Shown piece by piece: positions 30,641 through 41,112 of a stretch of 64,000 nt of DNA (its first letter is position 1; the number at the start of each line of letters is the position of its first letter). The notes under the pieces are model-generated. The model made no database searches. It was not told where the DNA came from and was given only the letters and a program-made list of their open reading frames with translations. This DNA is from Candidatus Sysuiplasma jiujiangense (GTDB lineage: Archaea > Thermoplasmatota > Thermoplasmata > Sysuiplasmatales > Sysuiplasmataceae). The stretch covers positions 186,001-250,000 of the forward strand of contig JAHEAD010000001.1 of NCBI GenBank assembly GCA_019721075.1. The letters are read 5' to 3'. Position numbers and translations under genes: made by a program.

Positions 30641-33219
30641 TTTCTTATGAATAACAATACATCCCCGGACTGGACGGCATCGGCTTCAGCTCCTCCGGCC
30701 ATATATGAATAAGTGAGGAAGAAAGCCTCCTTCTCAATAATCATATCTCCGCATGAAATGCTTCCATCGTCATTGAGGGTAACCGCTGAAGGCTGAAGTG
30801 ATTTGATAACATCCACGATTTCTTTTGCCTTCTCCCTGTATCTCGGACCTATGTACTGGTAGTTCGGCCTGATTGCGGAAATAACCTTTCTGTAATCCCC
30901 TTTTTGTGCAAAATTTACCTCAGACGCCCTGCATGCAGAGGCGATTTCAGAGGCGGAATCTGCCGTCTCATTCGAATCGAGTGGAATAATTATGCTCGCC
31001 AGAGGGCCGTTGAAATTGTTCCTTGCACGCCAGTCCCTGACAGCGTGTATTATGTTCACAGCCTTCTGGACGCCGCTGCTGTCCATTTTTTTGATCCTGA
31101 CAGGCATTGGCCATCCTGAAACATGTATACTCCTTTCAACGGACTTGAATAACTGCTGATATACCGCTTCTGTCACATGCGGCAGGAATGGCGCGAGCAG
31201 TTTTACAATTCCGATTGAAACAGTCCTGAGCGTCCAGGCTGCTGCTTCATCACCTTCCCTTGCTCTTTTTTTGACCATCTCGATGTAGTCATCGGCAAAA
31301 TCATGCCAGGCAAACTGCTCAATAACTTTCATTGCTTTGTCAAATTCATATTTCTCCATATGCCCGGTTGCGTCTTTGACTGATTTACTGTAGAGGGAAA
31401 GAATCCACATGTCCGTCTGTCTAAGCCTGGGTCTTCTGGATTGTGCTGCAATTTTGAACGATGAGGAGAAGAGTGCAATGTTCCAGATTTTGTTGCACAG
31501 CCTCTGCCCATGGACGACGTCCCTCTCCCTGAATGCCTGATCCGTTCCAAGGCTGCAGGTGGCAGCATAATAGCGCAGAGCGTCTGAGCCGTACTTCCTA
31601 ATCAGAGGAACAGGATCTATCACGTTACCGAGGTGTGTGTGCATCGGCGTCCTGTCTGGGGCCATAATGAAACCCGTAATCATGATGTCTTTCCATGGAA
31701 TATCATCCAGAAGCAGAAAGACTCTGAGAAGTGTGTAATATGTCCATGTTCGTATTATCTCGTGCGCCTGGGCTCTCAGGCTCATCGGAAAGAGACGGTG
31801 GAACAGGCTATTGTTCCTTTCCCAGAAAGTATTGTAAAGCACGCTTATGCTCGAATCCATCCAGGTGTCGAACACATCCCTGCTTCCCTTCAGTTCTGAA
31901 TTGCAGCGAGGACAGATGCGCCCGGTCTCGGTCTCCTGCGGGTCAACATAGCATTCATTCTCATCAGCAGCTACAACATCGTCGCACTTCGTACATTCCC
32001 AGACAGGTATGGGAGTTGCAAATAATCTCTGTCTTGAAATGACCCAGTCCCAGTTGAGTGATTCTGTCCAATCCTTAAGTCTCTGTTTCATGAATTCAGG
32101 AAACCAGTTCAGCCTGTCTGCCTTCTGGAGAATCTGTTTCCTGAATTCAACACTCTTCAGAAACCACTGCTTCTTTTCAATTATTTCTACCGGATTGGAA
32201 CAGCGCCAGCAAACTCCGACGCTTTGCTCTATCTCCTCCTCCCGGGTAATTAGACCTCTTTCCTTCAGCAATGAGATCATTTTCTCCCTTGCTTCCTCTG
32301 CTGAAAGTCCGGATAGGAAATCCGCATAGGAATTCAACTTTCCAAATTCATCAACTATAACGACTGCCGGGAGCCTGTGTCTGAGTATCCATTCAACATC
32401 CTCCTTGTCCCCATATGAGCATACCATGACAGCGCCGCTTCCATAGGCCGCATCCACACCATCGTCTGCAATTATAGGCACCTCCCTGGAATACATGGGG
32501 AGGACTGCATTTCTTCCCTCCAGTTCACTGTACCTCTTATCTCCTGTCTTGAAAAGTATGGCCTGGCATGCACCGATCAGTTCAGGCCGGCTTGTAGCGA
32601 TTGTTATTTTGTCCCGCTCTCTGACAGGAAATTCGACATAATACAGCTTCGACTTCCTGTCTTCCCTCTCAACTTCGGCGTCTGCAAGGGAAGTATTACA
32701 ATGCGGACACCAGTTGACAGGAAATGTTCCTCTGTAGGCAAGACCCCCCTTCAGCATTCTCAGAAATGTTATCTGAGTGAGCCTTCTATAGTCGGGGGAG
32801 TCAGTTTGATAGTAAATTGAGGAATCAAGGCTCATTCCAAGCATTTCGAACTGCTGTGTCATCGTTCCTATGAACTGGTTCGCATATTCGGAGCAGAGTC
32901 GCAGATAGGTCTTCCTGTCGACGCTGAACTTCGTAATGCCATATTTCTTCTCTGTTGCTGTCTCAACCGGCATACCGTTCGTGTCGAAACAGAGCGGAAA
33001 GAAAACGTTGTATCCTCTCATCCTCCTGTATCTTGCGGCAAAATCGATTATAGGATAGCCGGTCGCGTGACCCAGGTGAAGGGAGCCGGACGTGTAACGA
33101 GGCGGGTTGTCGATACTGTATATCTCTGCATCACTTGATGGATCGAAATGATATATTTTCCAATCCTTCCAGCTTCGCTGCCATTTAGGCTCTTCGGTGG
33201 CATGATTATAGGAAGACAT
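30637..33219 (-). CDS. valS: Valyl-tRNA synthetase (archaeal type)
   Basis: HLGH, DWVISRQRLFATPIP, DTWMDSS and QAHEIIRTW. The KMSKS equivalent reads PMHTH. Confidence 0.95.
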   Translation of the reverse strand: MSSYNHATEEPKWQRSWKDWKIYHFDPSSDAEIYSIDNPPRYTSGSLHLGHATGYPIIDFAARYRRMRGYNVFFPLCFDTNGMPVETATEKKYGITKFSVDRKTYLRLCSEYANQFIGTMTQQFEMLGMSLDSSIYYQTDSPDYRRLTQITFLRMLKGGLAYRGTFPVNWCPHCNTSLADAEVEREDRKSKLYYVEFPVRERDKITIATSRPELIGACQAILFKTGDKRYSELEGRNAVLPMYSREVPIIADDGVDAAYGSGAVMVCSYGDKEDVEWILRHRLPAVVIVDEFGKLNSYADFLSGLSAEEAREKMISLLKERGLITREEEIEQSVGVCWRCSNPVEIIEKKQWFLKSVEFRKQILQKADRLNWFPEFMKQRLKDWTESLNWDWVISRQRLFATPIPVWECTKCDDVVAADENECYVDPQETETGRICPRCNSELKGSRDVFDTWMDSSISVLYNTFWERNNSLFHRLFPMSLRAQAHEIIRTWTYYTLLRVFLLLDDIPWKDIMITGFIMAPDRTPMHTHLGNVIDPVPLIRKYGSDALRYYAATCSLGTDQAFRERDVVHGQRLCNKIWNIALFSSSFKIAAQSRRPRLRQTDMWILSLYSKSVKDATGHMEKYEFDKAMKVIEQFAWHDFADDYIEMVKKRAREGDEAAAWTLRTVSIGIVKLLAPFLPHVTEAVYQQLFKSVERSIHVSGWPMPVRIKKMDSSGVQKAVNIIHAVRDWRARNNFNGPLASIIIPLDSNETADSASEIASACRASEVNFAQKGDYRKVISAIRPNYQYIGPRYREKAKEIVDVIKSLQPSAVTLNDDGSISCGDMIIEKEAFFLTYSYMAGGAEADAVQSGDVLLFIRK

Positions 33220-33523
33220 AATGGAGTGTGAAAATGTGATGAATTAAAATACATTCCTAATTGAGGGACGGCTAACAATGGGCAAAAATAACCGCTTCAC
33301 ACTCGAACTTTTGATGGGCTGGTGTTTAGCTGACAGGTTAGGCTTAAGGCAGCTGGGCGGTCAGGATTTGTTGACAAAACATATACGGCACAGTAGCACG
33401 CCTCCAGTATCGTCTTGCCGGCATATTCTCTGCTTATCCGGCTTCATCTGCAGGAGGCGCAGTGAGCAGCTGAGCTAATGCTGCACGAACCTGATCGGCC
33501 TGATGTGTTGAATTACGCTCGCC

Positions 33524-34153
33524 TTACTCATAGATGGGATGGCCGAGATGTCCAGTGTTCCTTAACTCCAGCAGATCATCAAATAAGGCAGGTGCCACTT
33601 TTATGACCTCGTCAAATGCAAGTCGTGCCAGATCTCTGATTTCCCACTGAGCACTTATGTCCAGCCGCATTACAAAAAAATGTCTGAGAGATCTTGCATT
33701 CGTTGTCCAGAAAAGTCGTGTTTCAGCAGCATTTGTGAGAACAAACCTGGCATCTTCCTTCTTTACTCCGAGTTTTATAAGAGAAGCGTATACTTCATAG
33801 CTCCTTTTGATGTATTCTCTCATGACAGAGGAAGCTTCTTCCCTTTTTTCCGGACTTACATACTCAAGGGAAGGTAAGATAAAACTGCTTTCCTTCTCGG
33901 ATACATACCTCTGGCTCCTCTGGCTGAAAGAGCTGTGCCTGTGCCGGACAAGTTGATGAGAGCATGCCCGGCTTATTCCCTCCACCCTGAACGTAAAATT
34001 TGCATGTTCAATGACATCCATGTGCCCGTAACTGATTATTCTTTTTATGAATGAGCCGTAATCTTCCTTTTGCTCCTTGTCATAACAAATTCCAGCCGCC
34101 CTGCCACAGGACTCCACCGGATTCGGTGTGTAACTTACAAGTTCAACCTTCAA
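33524..34153 (-). CDS. thyX: FAD-dependent thymidylate synthase
   Basis: SRACSHQLVRHRHSSFSQRSQRY (RHRx7S), EDARFVL and AQWEIR motifs. Confidence 0.96.
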   Translation of the reverse strand: MKVELVSYTPNPVESCGRAAGICYDKEQKEDYGSFIKRIISYGHMDVIEHANFTFRVEGISRACSHQLVRHRHSSFSQRSQRYVSEKESSFILPSLEYVSPEKREEASSVMREYIKRSYEVYASLIKLGVKKEDARFVLTNAAETRLFWTTNARSLRHFFVMRLDISAQWEIRDLARLAFDEVIKVAPALFDDLLELRNTGHLGHPIYE

Positions 34154-34412
34154 TTAATCCACTTCCTTCAGATTGATTCACCGACACAGTATTACAGACT
34201 GCTGTTTAAACGATTGTCTTTCCTTCTTCCGGAACGCCAATCGAACATCCACTCTACAGCTCACATGCCCCGTATGCCGTAAAATATGCCAGCTTAGTGG
34301 TGTATTACAGCTTAGTAATTTAAGTACTGCCCTGCGGAAAAAACACTAATGAGAAAAATTGGAGTACAAGACAGTTTTACGCTCATCACTTAAGGTGTCA
34401 ATCTTTTGGAGG

Positions 34413-35388
34413 TTATGAATCGATGGCACCAAATGTTCTGAAATGATCCTTTATAAGCTTTCCATGCCGTATGACACTCTCAACATTTTCTGGAGCCAGC
34501 ATGGACGGATTTCTCTCAGCCCTCTCCCTTACTGTAATTACGTCTGCCACCGCTCCCTCCTTTAGGATTCCGGTATATTCGATGCCAAGGCATTTGGAGC
34601 CTTCAAACGTGGCTGATTTCAGTACATCCAGGCGGTGCCTTACCGCATAATTCCATGCTCTATGGAATCGACATCACGGTCCACAGCTGCTGCTATTGCT
34701 TCTTCACCGTACGCTTGAGCGGCCATCCTGATTCCCATTTTATGCGGTTCAGCGACTATTGCCTTCGGCTCATCCTCAGACAGCTGGGCCTGATTTTTCT
34801 ACCCGTATGAAACCGCCGGAGGATAGACTTTGATTACGTTGGCTCCATCTCTGACCAACTTCCCTCACAGCCTTTCGGCATTCCCAGGGGCTGTCGCAAT
34901 GAATTAAATAGGACAGTCTTTCGGCAATGTCTTTGGAAAAAATATGCGGATCGTCATTAACGCCTGTTTCAGACAGAGAGCGACCGCTGTCACAATCTCC
35001 TGACCATCCAAATCATCCTCATCCACAAACTGGAGAAGGAATATGCCTGCGTTCGAACACATATCTCTGTCATTTGTGATACCGGCGTTGAGAAGATTCA
35101 GCATGTCTCTCACGCATCTCAATGCTGACATAACCGGATAGGTTCAACCTATTCCAGCAGATCGTACTTTCTCGCTCTTGTGAAGTGTATGTGAGCATCG
35201 ATTAATCCCGGCATCATGAGTTCCTCTGTTTTCTTTACGATAGGATTCTCTCGGCTGCCGGACTGCACATACCCTCCTTTCTCGATTGCTTCTATAAGAC
35301 CAGAAGAAGAATCGACGATCATCGTGCTTTCAAATATCTCATCCGAGACACCATCAAAAATTTGTCAACTAATTGCAGTGACCACCAT
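34413..35388 (-). pseudogene. Metal-dependent amidohydrolase (prolidase/imidazolonepropionase-like) pseudogene
   Basis: Manual translation gives MVVTAIS*QIFDG...MPGLIDAHIHF, AGIT..RD, AQAYGEEAI and GILKEGAVADVI, interrupted by stops and frameshifts. Confidence 0.8.
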
Positions 35389-35653
35389 ATTACCCCGGAG
35401 GGGATGGAACTTGTGTAACTGAACCTTTCCGCCATCCAGACAGCTGCATACAGATGAAAGGCATGAAGCAAAAGCCCGAATGATCCAATCATATACAGTT
35501 CCTCGTCCTGAACCAAAACTTGCTTAACCGAGCGTAAAGTGCGCTGCCATGTCTGATCCAGGAATATCGATTAAAAAGGGAACACAGTTTAATATCGATA
35601 GGCAATTAAGTAATGGTCCGCGGTGGGTTGATAATAACTTGGCTTCTGAAAGT

Positions 35654-36862
35654 ATGAGCCAGAGAGTTGGTTACATCAGAGTCCTTGGAAACAGGGGATT
35701 TTTCTTCCTCTGGTCTGCAACCCTGATTTCCAGAACAGGCGACTATCTGCTGTCTATAGCAATGATCTGGTTCGTCTACGGCATACTGACACACAACCCT
35801 CTTTATGCCGGGCTGATAACGGCCTTCTACTACATTCCAAATTTCATATTTGCACCGTATTTCGGCAGGATTGTCGATACATACAGCAGGAAGAAAGTCA
35901 TGATCGTTGCGACACTCATGCAGTTCATTTTTGCCATAATGCTCTACGCTTCAGTTGCCCTGAAATTTATGATCCTCGATTTTTCATTTATATCTGTTTT
36001 CGCAATAGCAACCTTCGGCATGCTTGTTTCCATATCCAGAAGCAGCAGCATTCCTCTTGCAGTCCCCAGAGAGGAGTTGACTGCAGCCAACTCCCTGCAA
36101 CAGGCTACAACCCAGCTTACAAGGATATTCGGCTATGCTGCCGGAGGCGTACTCCTTCTTCTGGTTTCCATTAAGGGCATAATAGCAATAGAGATCGCGA
36201 TTTTCCTGTTCAGTTCACTTATACTGAGTATGATGAAGATAAGAAGCAGTCCGGAAAACAACCGCAGAAAAAGCAGCCTTGACGGTTTTCGTTACATCAG
36301 GAATGAGAAACTCTTCTTTGAGATAGTGATTTTTCTTTCAATTGTAAATTTTACCGGCGCAGGCATGACAGTCCTTCCGGCAATAATGTCGAGAACGGTA
36401 TTCAGTTCCGGTTCGAGTCTCTTTGTCTCCATTCTCGTTTCTCTTGCCATTGGAACAGTTGCCGGCAACTACGCAGTGACACGATTCAGGATAGGTCTTG
36501 TCGCCGGAAAGATACTGATAGCAACGAATGCGATTGATGCGCTTTTGTATGTATTGTTTGCTTATTCTCCCTCACCGCTTTTCGCAACTGCAGCCGCAGC
36601 TGCGATTGGTTTTGTCGAAGGCATATCGATAGTGCCTTTCGTCACTCTCATCCAGGCAAAGACACCGAACGACAGACTTGGAAGCGTTCTTGCAGCGCTA
36701 TCAATGCTGCTGCTGGGGAGCGCATCGCTTTCAATGATATCAAGCGGCTTCCTGGTATCACTTGTCGGGGTCAAAGCTGTCTACATTCTTTTCGCAATTG
36801 TTCTGGTAATAATGTCCGCAGTGGGAATGAATATGAAAGAGTTGCGCAATGCATCCTACTGA
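35654..36862 (+). CDS. MFS transporter (MefA/DHA3-like)
   Basis: LISRTGD, GRIVDTYSRKKVM and ELTAANSL motifs; 12 TM. Confidence 0.9.
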   Translation: MSQRVGYIRVLGNRGFFFLWSATLISRTGDYLLSIAMIWFVYGILTHNPLYAGLITAFYYIPNFIFAPYFGRIVDTYSRKKVMIVATLMQFIFAIMLYASVALKFMILDFSFISVFAIATFGMLVSISRSSSIPLAVPREELTAANSLQQATTQLTRIFGYAAGGVLLLLVSIKGIIAIEIAIFLFSSLILSMMKIRSSPENNRRKSSLDGFRYIRNEKLFFEIVIFLSIVNFTGAGMTVLPAIMSRTVFSSGSSLFVSILVSLAIGTVAGNYAVTRFRIGLVAGKILIATNAIDALLYVLFAYSPSPLFATAAAAAIGFVEGISIVPFVTLIQAKTPNDRLGSVLAALSMLLLGSASLSMISSGFLVSLVGVKAVYILFAIVLVIMSAVGMNMKELRNASY

Positions 36863-36875
36863 GAGGGTATAATTT

Positions 36876-37463
36876 TTGTCCAGCAAGAGAAAGAGAAAAT
36901 TCCCCGTCGGAATAGGGGACACGCTGTTGAGCGAGGAAAGGCTGAAGCTGATTGATCCTGTATCCGTCCTTGATTCATTCGGTGTCCGCAGCGGAAATAC
37001 AATTGCCGATATAGGTTGCGGGCCGGGAGCGTTTCTTCAGGCAGCTTCAGAGCGTGTTGGCTCGAAAGGCAAAGTCATGGCGATTGACATTCAGGAACCG
37101 TTCATAAATATGGCAAAGAGACTCGCCGAGGAGAAAAATCTTTCAAACGTCTCATTCCTTATTTCCAGGGAAAATCACATACCGCTGGACAATAACTCTG
37201 TAGATATAGCTCTAATAGTGACCAGTCTTCATGAGTTTGAGGGGGAGGGCACTCTCAAGGAGGTTCATAGAATACTCAGGCAAGGCGGAAAAGTAGCCCT
37301 GGTTGAGTGGGAAAAGATTAAGTCGCCGATAGGTCCTCCGCTTCCTGAAAGGCTTTCGCAGGAAGACTCCGAAAAAATACTCACTTCATCACGTTTCACG
37401 GTCGAGAAGATCTTCCAGATCGGAAAGTACCACTACGGAGTGGAGGCAAAGAAGGGGAAGTAA
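36876..37463 (+). CDS. Class I SAM-dependent methyltransferase
   Basis: IADIGCGPG, AIDIQ, EVHRILRQGG and GPP..ERLS motifs. Confidence 0.88.
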   Translation: MSSKRKRKFPVGIGDTLLSEERLKLIDPVSVLDSFGVRSGNTIADIGCGPGAFLQAASERVGSKGKVMAIDIQEPFINMAKRLAEEKNLSNVSFLISRENHIPLDNNSVDIALIVTSLHEFEGEGTLKEVHRILRQGGKVALVEWEKIKSPIGPPLPERLSQEDSEKILTSSRFTVEKIFQIGKYHYGVEAKKGK

Positions 37464-37464
37464 A

Positions 37465-37671
37465 TTGTCTGTTTCAACGTACTGGTCCGCAAATGGCAGG
37501 CGCCCAGGCTCTGATCATTCCGGCTATGCTGTTGCATCTGTTATTGCTCTTACGCCGCTTGATGGGGTGATTATTTCAATAATTGTGCTGCTGCTAATAC
37601 TTTCTTTTATCATATGGAGAAGACGAAACAGGAGAAAGAACAAGGGCAGTTCGGTATATCTGTTCCACTGA
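37465..37671 (+). CDS. Small single-TM protein
   Basis: One hydrophobic helix followed by RRRNRRK; directly follows the methyltransferase. Confidence 0.4.
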   Translation: MSVSTYWSANGRRPGSDHSGYAVASVIALTPLDGVIISIIVLLLILSFIIWRRRNRRKNKGSSVYLFH

Positions 37672-37674
37672 GTT

Positions 37675-38100
37675 TCAGGCTTCATTCTCCACAGTCTCAT
37701 TAACGAATTTTGCAGCATCTTCGGAGAGGCGCCAGGAACGTACTCCTGCTATGCTGCCGAGCATGACACTGACTATAAGGTATGAATAAGAAGGCCACGC
37801 ATTTTTCCTGTCAAATTCCGACGGAACAGCCGGATGATCCGGATGTGAATGGTAATAGCCGAGAATACTGAGACCTTTTGCATTTGCGTCCCTTTCGCAT
37901 TTCATAATCTCCGCCGGATCTATTACATACCTGGTTTTCCGTGAATTATGCGATGAGTTTTTTGCCGGAAGAGTTGCAGAAATTATTCTGTCCTGATCCC
38001 CTCTGCCTAAAAGGAACCCGCAGCACTCCTCGGGATATGTCTGGACCGCATGTGCATATACCTCTTCCAGAAGATTTTGCCTGATGCGGAGCGTCATCAT
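37675..38100 (-). CDS. mec: JAB/MPN+ metalloprotease (Mec/CysO-cysteine peptidase family)
   Basis: PEECCGFLLG and YHSHPDHPAVPSEFD give an intact E...HxH-x7-S-x2-D JAMM motif. Confidence 0.92.
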   Translation of the reverse strand: MMTLRIRQNLLEEVYAHAVQTYPEECCGFLLGRGDQDRIISATLPAKNSSHNSRKTRYVIDPAEIMKCERDANAKGLSILGYYHSHPDHPAVPSEFDRKNAWPSYSYLIVSVMLGSIAGVRSWRLSEDAAKFVNETVENEA

Positions 38101-38129
38101 CTATCCCCCATGTAAAGGTGGATGCACTA

Positions 38130-39362
38130 TCATGCAAAAACTTTTCTGACCGTGTCGAGTGCTTCTGCAAGGGCGTCTATGTCTTTCCTGCCATTGTAAA
38201 GATAGAATGATGCACGGGAGGCAGAAGATATATTGAGCCTGTCCATCAGCGGCTGAGCGCAGTGATGGCCGGAGCGGATGGATACCCCCTGTCTGCCAAG
38301 TATCTCTGCTGTGTCATGACCATGAATGCCATTGATGTTGAACGCTATGACACCGCTCCTCTCCTCGACATCCTTCGGACCGTAAATTTCGATGTCGTTT
38401 CTTTCAGAGAGTCTAGACAGCGCATAAGAAAGCAACAGTTTGTCGTATTTCTCCACATTTTCCATTCCAATGGAGTTGAGATAGTCCACTGCGGCACCGA
38501 GCCCGACGGCACCGCTGATATTAGGGGTTCCGGCCTCAAACTTATATGGCGGGACATTCCAGCTGCAGCTGTTCTGATGTACTTCGCTTATCATTTCACC
38601 TCCGCCAAAGGCTGGTTCAATTGCCCTGAGATGCTCCGACTTCCCGTATAGGGCGCCAATCCCGGTTGGTGCGAGCATTTTATGACCGGACAGCGCAAAA
38701 AAATCACAGTCCAGTTTTTCTACATCCACTGGCATGTGAGGTGCAGACTGCGCTCCGTCTACAATAAGTAAAGAGGAATTATCATGAGCGAGATCGGCTA
38801 TTTCTCTGACAGGATTCACGGTTCCGAGAACATTCGATACCTGTGCAACCGAGACTACTTTCGTCCTATCTGTGAGCTTTGCCCTGAAATCCTCCATATC
38901 AAGGCGCCCCTCACTGTCAATATCCGCGAACTTCAGCCTTATTCCCCTCCATGCGAGCATCTGCCATGGCACAACGTTTGAATGATGCTCCATGACGGTC
39001 GTGAGGACTTCATCACCCGGCTTGAGTTTCCATATGCCAAGACTCAATGCCAGTACGTTTATCGCTTCAGTCGTTCCACGAAGAAAGATTATTTCATCAG
39101 GAGAGCCTGCATGGAGGAAGCCGGCAACCTTGCCTCTTGCATTTTCATAGAACTCAGTCGCTTCTTCCCCGAGCGGATAAATTCCCCTATGGACATTCGC
39201 ATTATGCATTCTTTCGAATGAACTTACCGCATCTATCACCTGAAATGGCCTCTGGCTCGTTGCGGCACTGTCCAGGTAGATGAGCTTCTCCCTTCTTTCG
39301 GAGAATATAGGAAAATCACCAATCAGAGGGGACACGTCTCCAAGTGTTTCCGGGAGCTTCAT
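38130..39362 (-). CDS. sufS: Cysteine desulfurase, group II
   Basis: YLDSAATSQ, SGHKM (PLP Lys), FEAGTP and RSGHHCA motifs. Confidence 0.96.
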   Translation of the reverse strand: MKLPETLGDVSPLIGDFPIFSERREKLIYLDSAATSQRPFQVIDAVSSFERMHNANVHRGIYPLGEEATEFYENARGKVAGFLHAGSPDEIIFLRGTTEAINVLALSLGIWKLKPGDEVLTTVMEHHSNVVPWQMLAWRGIRLKFADIDSEGRLDMEDFRAKLTDRTKVVSVAQVSNVLGTVNPVREIADLAHDNSSLLIVDGAQSAPHMPVDVEKLDCDFFALSGHKMLAPTGIGALYGKSEHLRAIEPAFGGGEMISEVHQNSCSWNVPPYKFEAGTPNISGAVGLGAAVDYLNSIGMENVEKYDKLLLSYALSRLSERNDIEIYGPKDVEERSGVIAFNINGIHGHDTAEILGRQGVSIRSGHHCAQPLMDRLNISSASRASFYLYNGRKDIDALAEALDTVRKVFA

Positions 39363-39371
39363 GATAAAGCC

Positions 39372-39677
39372 TCAAACTTCAACATAGATATACCCGTCTT
39401 CAATCTTGACATTATATTTTTTCAGCGGCTCCGTCGCAGGAGGACTTTCCACTGCCCCTGTTTCCAGATTGAAGCGAGACAGGTGAAGCGGGCATACAAC
39501 TGCGTTGCCCATAAGTATACCCCTTGACAGGTCTGCATCCTCATGTGTGCAGGTAGCATCCAGAGCATGATAATTGTCCCCCAGACGAATTATCATTATA
39601 TCGTTGCCGTCAAGCTCTACCTTCATTATCTTCGCCGAATCCATATCCTTTAAAGAGAGAGTGCGCTTAAACGGCAT
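39372..39677 (-). CDS. Rieske [2Fe-2S] ferredoxin
   Basis: CTH...CPLH Rieske ligand motifs. Confidence 0.92.
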   Translation of the reverse strand: MPFKRTLSLKDMDSAKIMKVELDGNDIMIIRLGDNYHALDATCTHEDADLSRGILMGNAVVCPLHLSRFNLETGAVESPPATEPLKKYNVKIEDGYIYVEV

Positions 39678-39684
39678 CGGTAAA

Positions 39685-41088
39685 TCACCTGTACTTGTAG
39701 TGGCCCTCGAATATGCTTTCTCCGGGTCCCTTGATCTGGTCCTTCACATACTTCTCAAACTCCAGCTCATCAAGATGCCTGGAAGCCTGGAGGGAGATGA
39801 CATTGTTCCACTTGTCCTCGATCTGAAATCGCATCTTGTCCCTGACAGTGTCGATGGGTATCCTTGAGATTACAGGATCAAAGAATCCAAGGACAAGCAG
39901 CTTTTCAGCTTCATTTCTGTCAAGACCTCTTGTCTGAAGATAATATAACTGCTGTTCGTCCATCTGCGAAACAGATGCCGAATGGGTCGCCTTGACACCG
40001 TTTGTGAGTATCTCCAGACCGGGAATGGCATCGCATTTTGCATCTTTGCTGAGAAGCATTCCGTGCTCGGCAAGATAGGCGCTTGTATTGCCCGCCTTCT
40101 CGCCGATACGTATCATGCCCCTTAGCAGGGCTCGCGATTTTCCCTTCAGGACACTTCTGACAGTTATTCTTCCGCTCGTTGATTCGACATTGTGATGCAG
40201 ATCGGTAACGACGTCAAACTTCTGGCTCCCGTTGCCGAACAGTATTTCATAGTCTTCCGTTGAAGCTCCCTGGCCGGCAAAATCTGTGTCTGCCCTTGCC
40301 CTGGTTATATCCGCTCCCATATAGCTTGAAACCCAGTGTATTCTGCTGTCTCTGCCCGCAACAGCGCGTTTATTGCTCAGGAAAATCGAGCCCGCAGACA
40401 AATTTTCAAGAGATGCGTGATGCAGCACTGCTCCCTGGGACAGTATGACATCGGTCACCGTGGAGAAAAGCGACTTTTCATTGAAATTTTCGACCGAAAG
40501 TATTTCCTCTGTTACGTTTGCACTGCTTCCCTCGTTCATCATTATAATGTTCTGCTGAAACTGGGCTTTGCCGGGGGAATCCTCTATGTGCACTATGTGA
40601 ACAGGAGTGTCAAGTACTGTATTCTTTTCCACCTTCAGGAAAAAGCCGGAGGTGAAAAGCGAATTGTTCAGTGCCACATATATGTCGTCCTGAGGTCTCA
40701 GACCCTTACTCTTAAAATATCGCTCAAAAATATCAGGATATTTTCTGGCTGCTTCACCAAGTTCCTCGAATATTACTCCGTTAGGAACTGAACCTGTTTT
40801 GAAGACGGAACCCCCTGAGTGAAGCATGAACAGGCTGCTGTCACCCATCTCGGCATATCTGTCCGGGATCCTGTCTGAAAGTTCAGGATTGCGGGCGAGC
40901 GAAATGCCTGACGGATCAAATTTTGTCAGCTGCTCATATTTGGTGTAAAGCGGATTGGGCTCGGCTCTGGAACTCCGGAATACGGAAATTGCCTCCTTCC
41001 TGTAGTTTGATAGCCAGCCCGGTTCATGTGCCAGAGAGGGAAGATCCGCCTCTCCCGTCTGCAGTATATTCTGTGTGATTGTGGTCAT
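39685..41088 (-). CDS. sufD: Fe-S cluster assembly protein SufD
   Basis: DAIPGLEI, VKATHSASV and LYYLQTRGL motifs. Confidence 0.92.
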   Translation of the reverse strand: MTTITQNILQTGEADLPSLAHEPGWLSNYRKEAISVFRSSRAEPNPLYTKYEQLTKFDPSGISLARNPELSDRIPDRYAEMGDSSLFMLHSGGSVFKTGSVPNGVIFEELGEAARKYPDIFERYFKSKGLRPQDDIYVALNNSLFTSGFFLKVEKNTVLDTPVHIVHIEDSPGKAQFQQNIIMMNEGSSANVTEEILSVENFNEKSLFSTVTDVILSQGAVLHHASLENLSAGSIFLSNKRAVAGRDSRIHWVSSYMGADITRARADTDFAGQGASTEDYEILFGNGSQKFDVVTDLHHNVESTSGRITVRSVLKGKSRALLRGMIRIGEKAGNTSAYLAEHGMLLSKDAKCDAIPGLEILTNGVKATHSASVSQMDEQQLYYLQTRGLDRNEAEKLLVLGFFDPVISRIPIDTVRDKMRFQIEDKWNNVISLQASRHLDELEFEKYVKDQIKGPGESIFEGHYKYR

Positions 41089-41112
41089 GCACGATTCACC
41101 CGCGGGAGTTAT

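Noticed and set aside
33466..33520. TPP-riboswitch-like words GCTGAG...GAACCTGATCGG
   Set aside because: The downstream TAAT-CC-GCG-AGG elements are missing, and on this strand there is no downstream gene because it faces the end of thyX.
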